DNA of 64,000 bases, taken from positions 8,125 to 72,124 of the forward strand of contig JARKSN010000316.1 of assembly GCA_029974275.1 (NCBI GenBank), written 5' to 3'. The DNA comes from Candidatus Hydrogenedentota bacterium (GTDB taxonomy: Bacteria > Hydrogenedentota > Hydrogenedentia > Hydrogenedentales > SLHB01). The notes beneath the pieces were generated by a model. It had not been told where the DNA came from. It did no database searches and saw only the letters and a list, made by a program, of their open reading frames with translations. Numbering within the stretch: the first letter of the stretch is position 1; the number at the start of each line of letters is the position of its first letter. The translations under genes and the position numbers were made by a program. This document shows, one piece after another, positions 38,939 through 48,385 of the stretch.

Positions 38939-40600
38939 CTATTTCATCTGTTTGAGAAGCTTGAGCAGGTGATCACGCTCGTCACCCAAGGCGGGATTCA
39001 GGGTGTCCGCGGTGTTCTCAGAACTCCTTTTCCGCTCTTGATGCAGGTACCAGCCCGGGGAAACGAAAAAGTCAATGCGCCAATCAGGCATCTTTGCTTG
39101 CGTGTGGACACGCGTTAGTTTTTGGTCGCATTGATCCGCGCGGAACCGTTCCAGGGCCTCGCACAAGCGGGCCTTGTCGCGCGGCTCGGTGTTTGGGCTG
39201 ATCAGCCCTGCCGATCGGGCCGAATCGAGCATTGCGCGCACGCGCTGACATGCTTTCTCCGGCTCAAGCTTCGTGTCAACGAGCACGCGAGCGAGAAATG
39301 CCCAAGCCAGAGTCTCTTCGTCACGCGCGGCCCTGCCCAACGCGGCCAGATGGCGCAGTGTGGGAAGGTCCGTCTTGTCCCATCCGGTTTCTTGGGCGAC
39401 TTTTTCCAGCACGGCCATATCGCCTGGAGGCTCTGGAGATGTCGCCCTGAGGCCAGCGACCAGAGCCGTCATGCGTTGCCGCAGTCTGCGCCGCGGCGTG
39501 TAAAGGTCTGATGGGCTGATGGTTATATTAGGCGCTGATTCCAATTCGCGCTCCATTTCCTCGTCGGAGATGTCCCCGTTTTTCCACATATGCAAGACAA
39601 GATCTTTCCAGATAACTTTCACTCGGCTCTGCGCCTTGACCTGGAAAAAGGTTTCCACCAACTGGTAGCGCTCGCGAATCATCGTCAGGCGCTCCATATC
39701 GTCTTCCGGCTCCGGCGCGGGAGGAGCAGAGGGCGGCTGGGGCGTGTTGCAGTTGCTGCGAAGGATGTTTTCCGCCACGGCGGCAATCCAATGGGGCAAC
39801 GGCCCTGCGTATCGGTAGCCCCCGTCGGGATCCTCCCAGTGTTCGAGCACCCGCAGGACGGCTTCCGAGACGGCAGCATCCGCGGTCCATTCTCCGGCTC
39901 CGCATGACCATCGCGCTTGGAGAGTCTTCGATATTTTCCCGAGTAAGCTTGCTAACTCCTGTTCGGCCTTCTGGATAGACATCGTTTGGCATGTCCTGGT
40001 AGCCAGAAAACGAACAACGGGATACCAAGTGAGGAGGTTGTCCGCGATTTGTTCGATCTGAGGTTGAGCGTAGGTAGCGATGAGGGAAGGGCGGAACTTG
40101 CGACGGATATATTCCCGAAGTTCCGGAATCAATGCGGGTGGAGCAGAGGCAAGAACAAGCTGATCGAAACGGCGAAGAAGTTTTTCGTCGGGGACGCCGC
40201 GATTGTTCCAAAACGCCCGCACCCGATCCATGAACGATCTTGGATTGTGTTGCAGCGTTCCCAAGCGGGTGGGCGCAATGTCCTTCTTAAACGCGTCGGC
40301 CATCGCAACGCACTCATTGTAGTGAGAGTCATTCTGGACGAGTTCTTCAAGTGCGAGGCCGGCATTCGCGGCAAGCGCTTCGATCAGCTCCAGCAGCGGA
40401 ATGTTTTGTCTGGCGCAGTTTTCGATGGCTCTAGGCGATGGCGTCGAGGAAGACAGGCGGGTCTGGGGGGCGGAGAGTTCTGTGGCGACTATTTTGGCAA
40501 GCAAGGTCGCGTCAAGCTGCGTTCCCAGGACCTTCTCACATATTTTATGAATATCATTGCAATGCGGCGCGTCAGACAAAGCAGGACTTTCTTGTTCCAT
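38939..40600 (-). CDS. Hypothetical alpha-helical protein (553 aa), first gene of the CHAT operon
   Basis: A long ORF preceded by an AT-rich gap (40601-40700). No catalytic motifs recognized. Confidence 0.6.
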   Translation of the reverse strand: MEQESPALSDAPHCNDIHKICEKVLGTQLDATLLAKIVATELSAPQTRLSSSTPSPRAIENCARQNIPLLELIEALAANAGLALEELVQNDSHYNECVAMADAFKKDIAPTRLGTLQHNPRSFMDRVRAFWNNRGVPDEKLLRRFDQLVLASAPPALIPELREYIRRKFRPSLIATYAQPQIEQIADNLLTWYPVVRFLATRTCQTMSIQKAEQELASLLGKISKTLQARWSCGAGEWTADAAVSEAVLRVLEHWEDPDGGYRYAGPLPHWIAAVAENILRSNCNTPQPPSAPPAPEPEDDMERLTMIRERYQLVETFFQVKAQSRVKVIWKDLVLHMWKNGDISDEEMERELESAPNITISPSDLYTPRRRLRQRMTALVAGLRATSPEPPGDMAVLEKVAQETGWDKTDLPTLRHLAALGRAARDEETLAWAFLARVLVDTKLEPEKACQRVRAMLDSARSAGLISPNTEPRDKARLCEALERFRADQCDQKLTRVHTQAKMPDWRIDFFVSPGWYLHQERKRSSENTADTLNPALGDERDHLLKLLKQMK

Positions 40601-40809
40601 GAATTTTCCAATGCAGATATATGAATAAAACCAATGATATGGGGTCCCCCAAAGAAGAATACATATCCCAAACTACGATGCTAGCATACGCTTCTGTTCA
40701 GGATCAATGGTGGTGGAACGCTCAGGACCATTGCCCGAGGTTTGACCCCACCGAAAAGCGCGATCGTGAGGCAGGCTTGAACGAAGGGAAAGGGGGAATG
40801 AGGGCAATC

Positions 40810-41787
40810 TCAAACCGTGACGACGGCGCCCGCGCGGGCGGATTCGTACAAGGCGTCAATGACCCGCATGTTGGCGATGGCGTCTTCTATGCTCCATCGG
40901 AGCGGATCGCGCGTGCGGCAAGCGCGCACGAAGTCTTCGATTTCAAGCGCATAGGAATTGGCCGCCGGCACGTTGACCACTTCCTCGCGATCGCCCCGGC
41001 GCAATAGAAACGTGGCGCGCTCGTTGCCGGGAAGCCACGGCGAGGGAATGAGGATCGAGCCGTCGGCGCCTTCAATCTCGGCGGTCTCTCTCGCGTATGA
41101 CTCGATGCCGCATTCGAGGTGCGCGAGGATGTTGTTGGGGAACTCCAGGATGCCGAGCATCAGATCGTCGACGCTGGTGCGGCGTTCGAATGCGGCTACG
41201 CGGATAGGTTCTGCGCCGGCGACAAGCCGCGACAGGTTCACGCAGTAACAACCGACGTCCATGAGCGAGCCGCCAGCCAGTGCGGCGTCGGCGATAATGC
41301 TGTCCCGGCTGTGCATCCGGAATGAAAACGCGCTGCGGATCGTCGTAATAACGCCGAGGGCGCCATCCTGTATCAGGCCGAAGATGCGGTCGTACTGCGG
41401 GTGATAACGGTACATGAACGCTTCGCCGAGGGGCAGGCGCTTTTGCGCCGCCACGTCGGCGACCCGGCGGGCTTCGGCGGCGTTGGCCGCGAAAGGCTTC
41501 TCGCACAAAACCGGCAGTCCCGCCTCGAGGGCCTTGATGGTCCACTCCGCGTGCAAGCTATTCGGCAACGGATTATACACGCAGTCAATCTCGGCGGAGT
41601 CGAGCATCTCCTGGTACGATCCGAATACCCGCGGAATGCCTTGCTCCTTTGCCCATTCAAGGGCGCGCGTGTATTCGCGACTCGCCACGGCTTGCACGCG
41701 GGTGTCGTAGCATTCGGCCATGGCCTTGATGAAGGTGCGCGCGATCTTCGCCGTGCCCAGAATGCCCCACCGGACTTCGTTCATCAT
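40810..41787 (-). CDS. Gfo/Idh/MocA-family oxidoreductase (third paralog)
   Basis: VRWGILGTAKIA...GLPVLCEKPFA. The likely start is MMNEVRW. Confidence 0.85.
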   Translation of the reverse strand: MMNEVRWGILGTAKIARTFIKAMAECYDTRVQAVASREYTRALEWAKEQGIPRVFGSYQEMLDSAEIDCVYNPLPNSLHAEWTIKALEAGLPVLCEKPFAANAAEARRVADVAAQKRLPLGEAFMYRYHPQYDRIFGLIQDGALGVITTIRSAFSFRMHSRDSIIADAALAGGSLMDVGCYCVNLSRLVAGAEPIRVAAFERRTSVDDLMLGILEFPNNILAHLECGIESYARETAEIEGADGSILIPSPWLPGNERATFLLRRGDREEVVNVPAANSYALEIEDFVRACRTRDPLRWSIEDAIANMRVIDALYESARAGAVVTV

Positions 41788-42034
41788 GCTACGCCTCCCC
41801 GTGCGCCGGCCGCGCCGCGATTTTGGGTTCATGCCCAAGCGTCAAGCGAGTATACATAAGAGCGGGGGGCGCAACAAAAAGAAGCATTGGCCGCCAATCG
41901 CCCCGATGGAATGGCAGCGACTCCCATCGCTCCACGACGGCACGTGATTTTCTTCGAGCGATTGTGGGAAGACGCGGGGAACGTATGCTAGACTTTTCCC
42001 CTGCGGCGCAAAGGTCGTGACGCGGGAGGATGCC

Positions 42035-42820
42035 ATGCCGGAATATATCGGGACGCACATGGATGCGGGATGTTTGTGGATGACGCTGCAGCGCCCCAAG
42101 GTGAATGCGCTCAACGTGGAACTTCTGCGGGAAATTCGGGAGACGGTTCAGGCTGCCGAAGCCGATGCGGCGATTCGGTGCATGGTCATTCATGGCGGCG
42201 CAGGGAAATTTTTCAGCGGCGGCGCGGATATCCCATCGATCCAGGACGCGCTGGGGAGCGATCCGTTCGCGAAAGGCGCGTTGCTTTCAGAGGGACAGCA
42301 GACGATGAATGTCATCGAAGGCTGCGGCAAGCCTGTTATCGCGGCGGTGAATGGCGCGGCCCTAGGCGGAGGATGCGAGTTGGCGTTGGCGTGCCATCTG
42401 CGCCTTGCTTCGACGGAGGCGACGTTTGGCCAGCCCGAAATCAATCTCGGCATCATGCCGGGCTGGGGCGCAACGTACCGGCTCGCGAGGCAGATCGGTC
42501 ATGCGAGGGCATTGGATTGGATGCTGACGGGCCGTATGGTCGACGCGCAAGAGGCCTACGAGGCGGGCCTGCTCTGTAAACTCGTGAAGGCCGAGGAACT
42601 GGAGGCGGCCGCGCAAGAGCTTGCGGGCACGGTGAGCCGAAAGTCGCCGCTGGCAATGCGGGCGATTCTGGAAACCGTCCAAAATCAGGCCTTGCATCCT
42701 GCCGATGCCAGCGAGCTGGAGACTCGCGGGTTTCAACGATGCATGGCAAGCCACGATGCCGTTGAAGGCGTTTCGGCCTTTCTGGATAAGCGGACGCCGC
42801 ATTTTACGGGAGAATCATGA
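42035..42820 (+). CDS. Enoyl-CoA hydratase/isomerase (crotonase family)
   Basis: IHGGAGKFFSGGADI oxyanion-hole motif and GAALGGGCELALACHLRLAS. Confidence 0.85.
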   Translation: MPEYIGTHMDAGCLWMTLQRPKVNALNVELLREIRETVQAAEADAAIRCMVIHGGAGKFFSGGADIPSIQDALGSDPFAKGALLSEGQQTMNVIEGCGKPVIAAVNGAALGGGCELALACHLRLASTEATFGQPEINLGIMPGWGATYRLARQIGHARALDWMLTGRMVDAQEAYEAGLLCKLVKAEELEAAAQELAGTVSRKSPLAMRAILETVQNQALHPADASELETRGFQRCMASHDAVEGVSAFLDKRTPHFTGES

Positions 42821-45276
42821 CAGTGAGGCGTTTAGGAACGTTTGCATGCGCGATAGGAGCGGCGGCGTTGCTGTCCGTATCCGCACAGGCGCTAGAAGCG
42901 GGCGCGGCAAAGGTGGACATTACGCCCGGCCTTGGCACGCCGCTGAATGGATATGGGGCGCGGCTGGGACAAGGGGCGGCGGCGGTGCACGACCCTATCA
43001 CGGCCCGGGCGCTCTACCTGGAGGACGGCCAGACGCGCCTGCTGCTGGTTGCGGCCGATCTGTGCGTCATCAATCGCGAATTGCGCGATCGCGCGCTGGA
43101 ATTGGCGCCGCGCGATGTGCCGCCTGAAAACATTTTTCTTGTCGCGACGCACAATCACAGCGGGACGGGGGGGATGGTGCGCCCCCTGATCTTTCGATCG
43201 ATTTCGGGCCGCTTCATGCCGGAGGTGTTGGAGGCCGCCGCCCAAAAGTTCGCGGAGGTTATGCGCGCGGCCATCGGGGCTCGCCAACGTGCGGCCATCG
43301 GCTATGCGACGTTCCAGCAGAACGATCTGTCGCGCAACCGCCGCGTGCCAGACGGTCCTGTGGACACGCAGGTGGGCGTGATTCGCGTTGAAAACGCCGA
43401 CGGACGTCCCATCGCCGTCATGGCCAATTTCGCCGCGCATCCCACGAACGTTCCCGAAGAAGACGCCCTCTCTGTTTCCGCCGATTATTGCGGTTTCTAT
43501 TATACGGAACTCGAGGCGTTGTTGGGCGAAAGCGCGATCGCCCTGTTCACCAATGGCGCGGAAGGCGATCAAAAATGCGCCGCGCCGCATGGCGAAGATG
43601 GCTGGGCCAAAACCGAGGCGGTGGGACGGTTGCTTGCCCAACGCGTAAACGAGGCCGCCCAGAAAATTCGGTGCGACGAAAGCGCGCTGCGGGTCGCCTC
43701 CGCGCAGGTCACTCTTCCGAAAACCCTCGCGGATTCGTTTCTCCCGCAGGACACGACGCTGAAGACCATCGAAATCAATGATTTGCTGCTGACGTTTTTC
43801 CCGGGGGAGCCGTGCGTCGACATTGGGCTCGAATTGCGGAAACGGACGTTGGCGCGCGGATACGGGGCTCAATTTTCCGTGGGACTTTCGAATGATCATC
43901 TCATGTATTTCGTGCCTCGTTCGATCTACAGCACGACGAGCTACGAATCTTCCATGAACTTCTATGGACCGGGCATCGAAGACTTTTTTTACCGCGAATT
44001 CAGCAAGCTCATGAGCCGAGGAACGCCGGAGCCCGACCCGGAGCGGCCTGCAGAGCCGGAGATCGCAGCATTGCCCGGATCGCGTCGCATAACATTGACA
44101 GGTTCCGCTTACGCGATTGGATACATGCGCGGAATGGCGTTTGCCGAGGAAATTCGCGCGCATTATCGGGACCGCGTTTGGGCCCGGGTTGAGTCCAAGG
44201 CATGGACCCCCAAGACGGGCTTGTGGAATCTGGCCCCTCCGTTCCTCAATCAGACGCCGTTGGCGTTGTCCTTTCTCGCTTTCAACGCGAGGCCTTTGCT
44301 GAAAGGGCTTCCAGACGACTTTCTGCGCGAGGTTGAAGGCATGGCCGATGCCTGCGCGTTGCCCTTCGATGCGGTTTGGCTTTCACAGTGCGCGCCAGTT
44401 TTCGAGGTGCAGGCGCGGTCTGAAGACATCTACCGCCAGCCCTACTGTACGATGTTCGCGTTGACGGGCAAACGTACGGAACGGGATGGCGTTCTGATCG
44501 GTCGCAATTTCGATTGGCCTGCGGCGGAGGCGATCGTCGTGGAGGATGTGAAGCCTGCGACAGGGCGTCGGTTCGTGGCGATTGGTTTTCCGTGGACGGC
44601 AGGGGTGTTTACAGGAATGAATGACGCGGGCCTTGTGCTATGCGCCGAGAGGGTGGAAGCCCTCGGAACGCCTTCTTTGACCGGTCCGCCGATCGAAATG
44701 GCGTTGCGTCAGACCTTGCAGACCGCGGGAACGCTTCCGGAAGCCTTGGCGCAATTGCAGGCGGCTTCGCATCTGCGCGGGTTTCATGCGCTCGTGGCCG
44801 ACGCGGCGTCGTTGGATGCGCGCATCATCGAATACGGCGCGACGCAAGTTGTCCGCGCGCCTGTCGAGGGTCTGCTGCTTGGAATCGATCCGGCGAGCCC
44901 CAACGCGGACGACTCCGGCAGCAAACGCTACGCGCGGGCGGCAGAGCTTATCGGCGACAAACAAGCGCTTGCTGCGCCGCGCGTTCAAGAAATCCTTTCG
45001 GACGGCGATCCCGCGCAAAACGGAACGGCGCGCATCTTTAACGAGCAGACGCGCTGCTCCGTGGTTTTTCAGCCCAGGATTCGCCAGATCCGCGTCGCGT
45101 TTCCGGATGAGAGCGGCAAACCGGGGCCTTACACGGTGGTGCGCCTTGGCGAAGTCGACGACGTGCAGCCCCAAGCAGCGACTGGAAGCAGTCGCGACGC
45201 CGCCAAGATCGCGACGCAGCAAAACCGCCGGGCTTCTTCCAGCGGAACGCGTTCTAGCCGCAAGGAGGGGTCGTGA
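42817..45276 (+). CDS. Secreted fusion protein: neutral/alkaline-ceramidase-like N-terminal domain plus Ntn-hydrolase (acid-ceramidase/NAAA/choloylglycine-hydrolase-like) C-terminal domain
   Basis: Signal peptide. The N-terminal domain has KVDITPGLGTPLNGYGARLG...HDPITARALYL...VAADL and ATHNHSGTGG (compare the neutral ceramidase G..DITP / THTHSGPGG). The C-terminal domain has YCTMFALTGKRTERDGVLIGRNFDW (compare ASAH1 [21 protein letters not shown]). ATGA overlap with the crotonase gene. Confidence 0.6.
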   Translation: MTVRRLGTFACAIGAAALLSVSAQALEAGAAKVDITPGLGTPLNGYGARLGQGAAAVHDPITARALYLEDGQTRLLLVAADLCVINRELRDRALELAPRDVPPENIFLVATHNHSGTGGMVRPLIFRSISGRFMPEVLEAAAQKFAEVMRAAIGARQRAAIGYATFQQNDLSRNRRVPDGPVDTQVGVIRVENADGRPIAVMANFAAHPTNVPEEDALSVSADYCGFYYTELEALLGESAIALFTNGAEGDQKCAAPHGEDGWAKTEAVGRLLAQRVNEAAQKIRCDESALRVASAQVTLPKTLADSFLPQDTTLKTIEINDLLLTFFPGEPCVDIGLELRKRTLARGYGAQFSVGLSNDHLMYFVPRSIYSTTSYESSMNFYGPGIEDFFYREFSKLMSRGTPEPDPERPAEPEIAALPGSRRITLTGSAYAIGYMRGMAFAEEIRAHYRDRVWARVESKAWTPKTGLWNLAPPFLNQTPLALSFLAFNARPLLKGLPDDFLREVEGMADACALPFDAVWLSQCAPVFEVQARSEDIYRQPYCTMFALTGKRTERDGVLIGRNFDWPAAEAIVVEDVKPATGRRFVAIGFPWTAGVFTGMNDAGLVLCAERVEALGTPSLTGPPIEMALRQTLQTAGTLPEALAQLQAASHLRGFHALVADAASLDARIIEYGATQVVRAPVEGLLLGIDPASPNADDSGSKRYARAAELIGDKQALAAPRVQEILSDGDPAQNGTARIFNEQTRCSVVFQPRIRQIRVAFPDESGKPGPYTVVRLGEVDDVQPQAATGSSRDAAKIATQQNRRASSSGTRSSRKEGS

Positions 45277-46841
45277 GCGAGGTTGTTCGGGTGTTTACGC
45301 CAGGCGATGCGCGACGCAGACGGCGACGTGGGCTCTATCGCCGCATGGCGCTGGCGGTGGGCGTTCTTGTGATTCTCTATTTGATGGTCAGTTCATGGGA
45401 CCGTCGTTCGTATAGCCAATTCGTTCCAAAAGACCAAAAATATGGCGTGGTCATCACCGATCTCCTGAGACATCGCGACGCGTTGGCGCAATCCGCAGTG
45501 TGGCGGGCGTTGCCGCCCTCTATCGGCGCGAACGGCATTCCAGCCTTACTGACATCAAGCACAGGGCTTCCAGAGTGGGTGCTTAACAATCTGATTGGCG
45601 GACCGTGCTACATCACGGGTCAAGACATCGTCGCCTTTCGCGACGTCGTAATCATCACGCGCATGACGATGATTGGCAAGCAACTGGAGCGGTTAAGCGC
45701 CTTCGCTTCTGCGATCGAGAACGATCCCGCGGGCGGGCTCCGCCTGCGCCATGTACGGGGAACCAGCGTTTATTTTGCCGTGCGCGGACGTCTTTTCCTG
45801 CTGTCACGATCCCGCGACGCGCTGATCCGTTCCCTGACGCTCCGGCCCGAGGATGTCGTCTCGGATGATCCGTTGCTGACCCAGACCGCCAAGTCCGGCA
45901 CCGAACACGTGCGCGGCATGGTGATATTATCGCCGGACGACCCCCTCGGCAAGCACATCCGTTCGCTACGTTTCGCCTTGCGCATCGACGCCGCCGCGGC
46001 GCACCTGCGCTGCCGCGTGAAGCTAGATGAGAGTCTTGAGGCCTCTCTCTCTCCCCTGTTGACCGATCTTGGCCCTAAGCCGTTGATCGCGCCGCCTGAC
46101 GGCATGATCGGGCTTTCGGCCAATCTCGGACATCCCATCAAAGACGTGTGGGCGTCGCTCGCTCCGGCCCTTCCCTACCCGATTTTTGCCGCGCAACAGT
46201 GGGAAGCCTGGCAGACCGTCTCGCCCGGGCGACAACCGGGATGGTTGCACATGCTGACGGGGTTGCTGGGCCTGGCGGGCCCAGGGTTCGCCCTGAGCGT
46301 GAGCGGTGTCGACCAGAACGAAATGCTGCCATTGCCGTTGCTCGTCGGACTATTCGAGGCCCCAAACGACGCCATCCAGAAGGCTGCCGCGTCGTGGCCG
46401 CCGTTGCCGGATACGGCAAAACCGTGGGATAGCATTCCCCGCTATGAGACCGACCACAAATGGATTCGTCTGCCGTTGATAGGCGGCCCGTCGTTGGAAC
46501 CTGTGGCGGCGCCGTATGGCGATGCACACTTATTGTTCAGTTCAAGCAGGACTGTGGCCGAAGCGATGTTGACCCAGCCCCAACCCCCTCAGCCCCTGGC
46601 CACGCCGGGCAATCTGTGCCTTCAGATCAAGCCGCTCGATTGCGTGCAAGCTCTCGCCGATGCCGGCCAGCAATTGGCGGACAGCAATCTGTTGCGCGGA
46701 TATGCGCCGGATTCGTTTAGGGCCGACGCGGCGCGGTGGATCGAACAAGCTCAAAACGTCCGGTCGCTTTCGTTTTTGCTGACGCGCGACAACGGCGAAC
46801 TTGCCGCTCAGGCTGATCTATTCTGCACAACCGGCGACTAG
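45273..46841 (+). CDS. Membrane-anchored hypothetical protein (N-terminal TM anchor)
   Basis: N-terminal RRRRRRGLYRRMALAVGVLVILYLMV anchor. A GTGA overlap with the preceding gene. Confidence 0.55.
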   Translation: MSEVVRVFTPGDARRRRRRGLYRRMALAVGVLVILYLMVSSWDRRSYSQFVPKDQKYGVVITDLLRHRDALAQSAVWRALPPSIGANGIPALLTSSTGLPEWVLNNLIGGPCYITGQDIVAFRDVVIITRMTMIGKQLERLSAFASAIENDPAGGLRLRHVRGTSVYFAVRGRLFLLSRSRDALIRSLTLRPEDVVSDDPLLTQTAKSGTEHVRGMVILSPDDPLGKHIRSLRFALRIDAAAAHLRCRVKLDESLEASLSPLLTDLGPKPLIAPPDGMIGLSANLGHPIKDVWASLAPALPYPIFAAQQWEAWQTVSPGRQPGWLHMLTGLLGLAGPGFALSVSGVDQNEMLPLPLLVGLFEAPNDAIQKAAASWPPLPDTAKPWDSIPRYETDHKWIRLPLIGGPSLEPVAAPYGDAHLLFSSSRTVAEAMLTQPQPPQPLATPGNLCLQIKPLDCVQALADAGQQLADSNLLRGYAPDSFRADAARWIEQAQNVRSLSFLLTRDNGELAAQADLFCTTGD

Positions 46842-46875
46842 AGAGGACGAATCGGTGGCCAGGCCGGTATCCATG

Positions 46876-48354
46876 AAATATGACATGTCCCATTCACCCG
46901 CGATTGTGTGGTTTCAGCAGGACCTTCGCCTTACAGACAATCCGGCGCTCTTCGCAGCGGCCGATCGAGGCCCGGTGGCGCCCGTCTACATTCACGCGCC
47001 GGAAGAAGAAGGGGAGTGGGGCCTAGGCGCGGCGAGTCGTTATTGGCTACATCAGTCCCTTGTCGCATTGGACGCTTCTTTGCAAGCGCGCGGCCTGCGC
47101 TTGGCGCTGCGACGCGGCCCGACGTTGGACGCCTTGCGCACGATCGCCGCCGAAACCGGGGCGCGATCGGTTTTCTGGAACCGTCGCCACGACCCCGTTG
47201 GCGCCGCGCGGGAAGCCGCGGTCGAACAGGCGCTGCGCGCGGACGGCATCGAGACGTTTCCACACGTTTCCGCGCTTCTCTTCAACCCGGATCGTATCCG
47301 AACCCAGCAAGGGGGGCCATACAAGGTTTTTACGCAGTTCTGGCGCGCTTGCCAGGCCTCTGACGAACCGCCGTCGCCGTGTGCCGCCCCATCGTCCCTG
47401 CGCGGGCCGGAATCATGGCCCCATTCCGAGAAAATCGAGGCGCTTGGGTTGGAGCCGCGCGTTGATTGGGCGGCCGGGATTCGCGGCGCATGGCGTTTCG
47501 GCGAGGCGGCGGCTCGGGACCGTCTGGTTTGTTTTCGAGACGAAGCGCTGGAGCGGTATGCGACGGGACGCGACGCGCCCGCGGAGGAGTTGACCTCGCG
47601 ACTGTCTCCGCACCTGCACTTCGGCGAACTATCGGTGCGCCAAGCATGGCACACAATTCAGGAAGCTGCGCTGCATCGGCCCGGCAATAACATCGACGTT
47701 TCGGCGCAACGCTTTTTGACCGAGCTGGGTTGGCGCGAGTTTGCACATCACTTGCTAATCCACTTTCCCAACACGCCGACGCAGCCGCTGCGTCCGGAGT
47801 TTGCGCGTTTCCCGTGGCGCCGCGATCCCGATCGTCTGTGCGCGTGGCAACGTGGACAAACCGGATATTCTATCGTCGACGCGGGCATGCGCGAGCTATG
47901 GGCCACTGGGTGGATGCACAACCGCGTCCGCATGATCGCGGCGTCGTTCTTGGTGAAGGACCTGTTGCTGCCGTGGCAAGAAGGGGCCCGGTGGTTTTGG
48001 GACGCGCTGGTTGACGCGGACCTTGCCAACAACACCTTTGGGTGGCAGTGGAGCGCGGGGTGTGGCGCGGATGCGGCTCCGTATTTCCGCATTTTCAACC
48101 CCGTGACGCAAGGTGAACGTTTTGATCCGCAAGGCCGGTACGTGCGGCGCTGGGTCCCCGAACTTGCGGCGCTTCCAGACGCGCATATTCATCGACCGTG
48201 GGAAGCGCCCCGCGATGCCCTGGCCCGTGCGTCCATAACGTTGGGGCATGACTATCCCGCCCCGATCATCGATCATCGCGAGGCCCGGCAGGAAGCTTTG
48301 CTTGCGTTCCAGCGGATTCGCGCAATGGCCTCGGCCCCCCAAAAACTGGTATAG
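46876..48354 (+). CDS. phr: Deoxyribodipyrimidine photolyase / cryptochrome family
   Basis: IVWFQQDLRLTDNPAL at the N-terminus. The FAD-binding region is TGYSIVDAGMRELWATGWMHNRVRMIAASFLVKDLLLPWQEGARWFWDALVDADLANNTFGWQW. Confidence 0.9.
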   Translation, partial: KYDMSHSPAIVWFQQDLRLTDNPALFAAADRGPVAPVYIHAPEEEGEWGLGAASRYWLHQSLVALDASLQARGLRLALRRGPTLDALRTIAAETGARSVFWNRRHDPVGAAREAAVEQALRADGIETFPHVSALLFNPDRIRTQQGGPYKVFTQFWRACQASDEPPSPCAAPSSLRGPESWPHSEKIEALGLEPRVDWAAGIRGAWRFGEAAARDRLVCFRDEALERYATGRDAPAEELTSRLSPHLHFGELSVRQAWHTIQEAALHRPGNNIDVSAQRFLTELGWREFAHHLLIHFPNTPTQPLRPEFARFPWRRDPDRLCAWQRGQTGYSIVDAGMRELWATGWMHNRVRMIAASFLVKDLLLPWQEGARWFWDALVDADLANNTFGWQWSAGCGADAAPYFRIFNPVTQGERFDPQGRYVRRWVPELAALPDAHIHRPWEAPRDALARASITLGHDYPAPIIDHREARQEALLAFQRIRAMASAPQKLV

Positions 48355-48385
48355 TGACGCAAACGAAGATTGAGCGCAGGACCAC

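Noticed and set aside
38939-40600. Possibility that the 553-aa protein contains an ECF-sigma-like core, which would make the giant TM protein an anti-sigma.
   Set aside because: I saw only weak, non-specific resemblance to sigma region 2 (LPHWIAAVAENILRS). There is no clear region 4 HTH, which is insufficient evidence.
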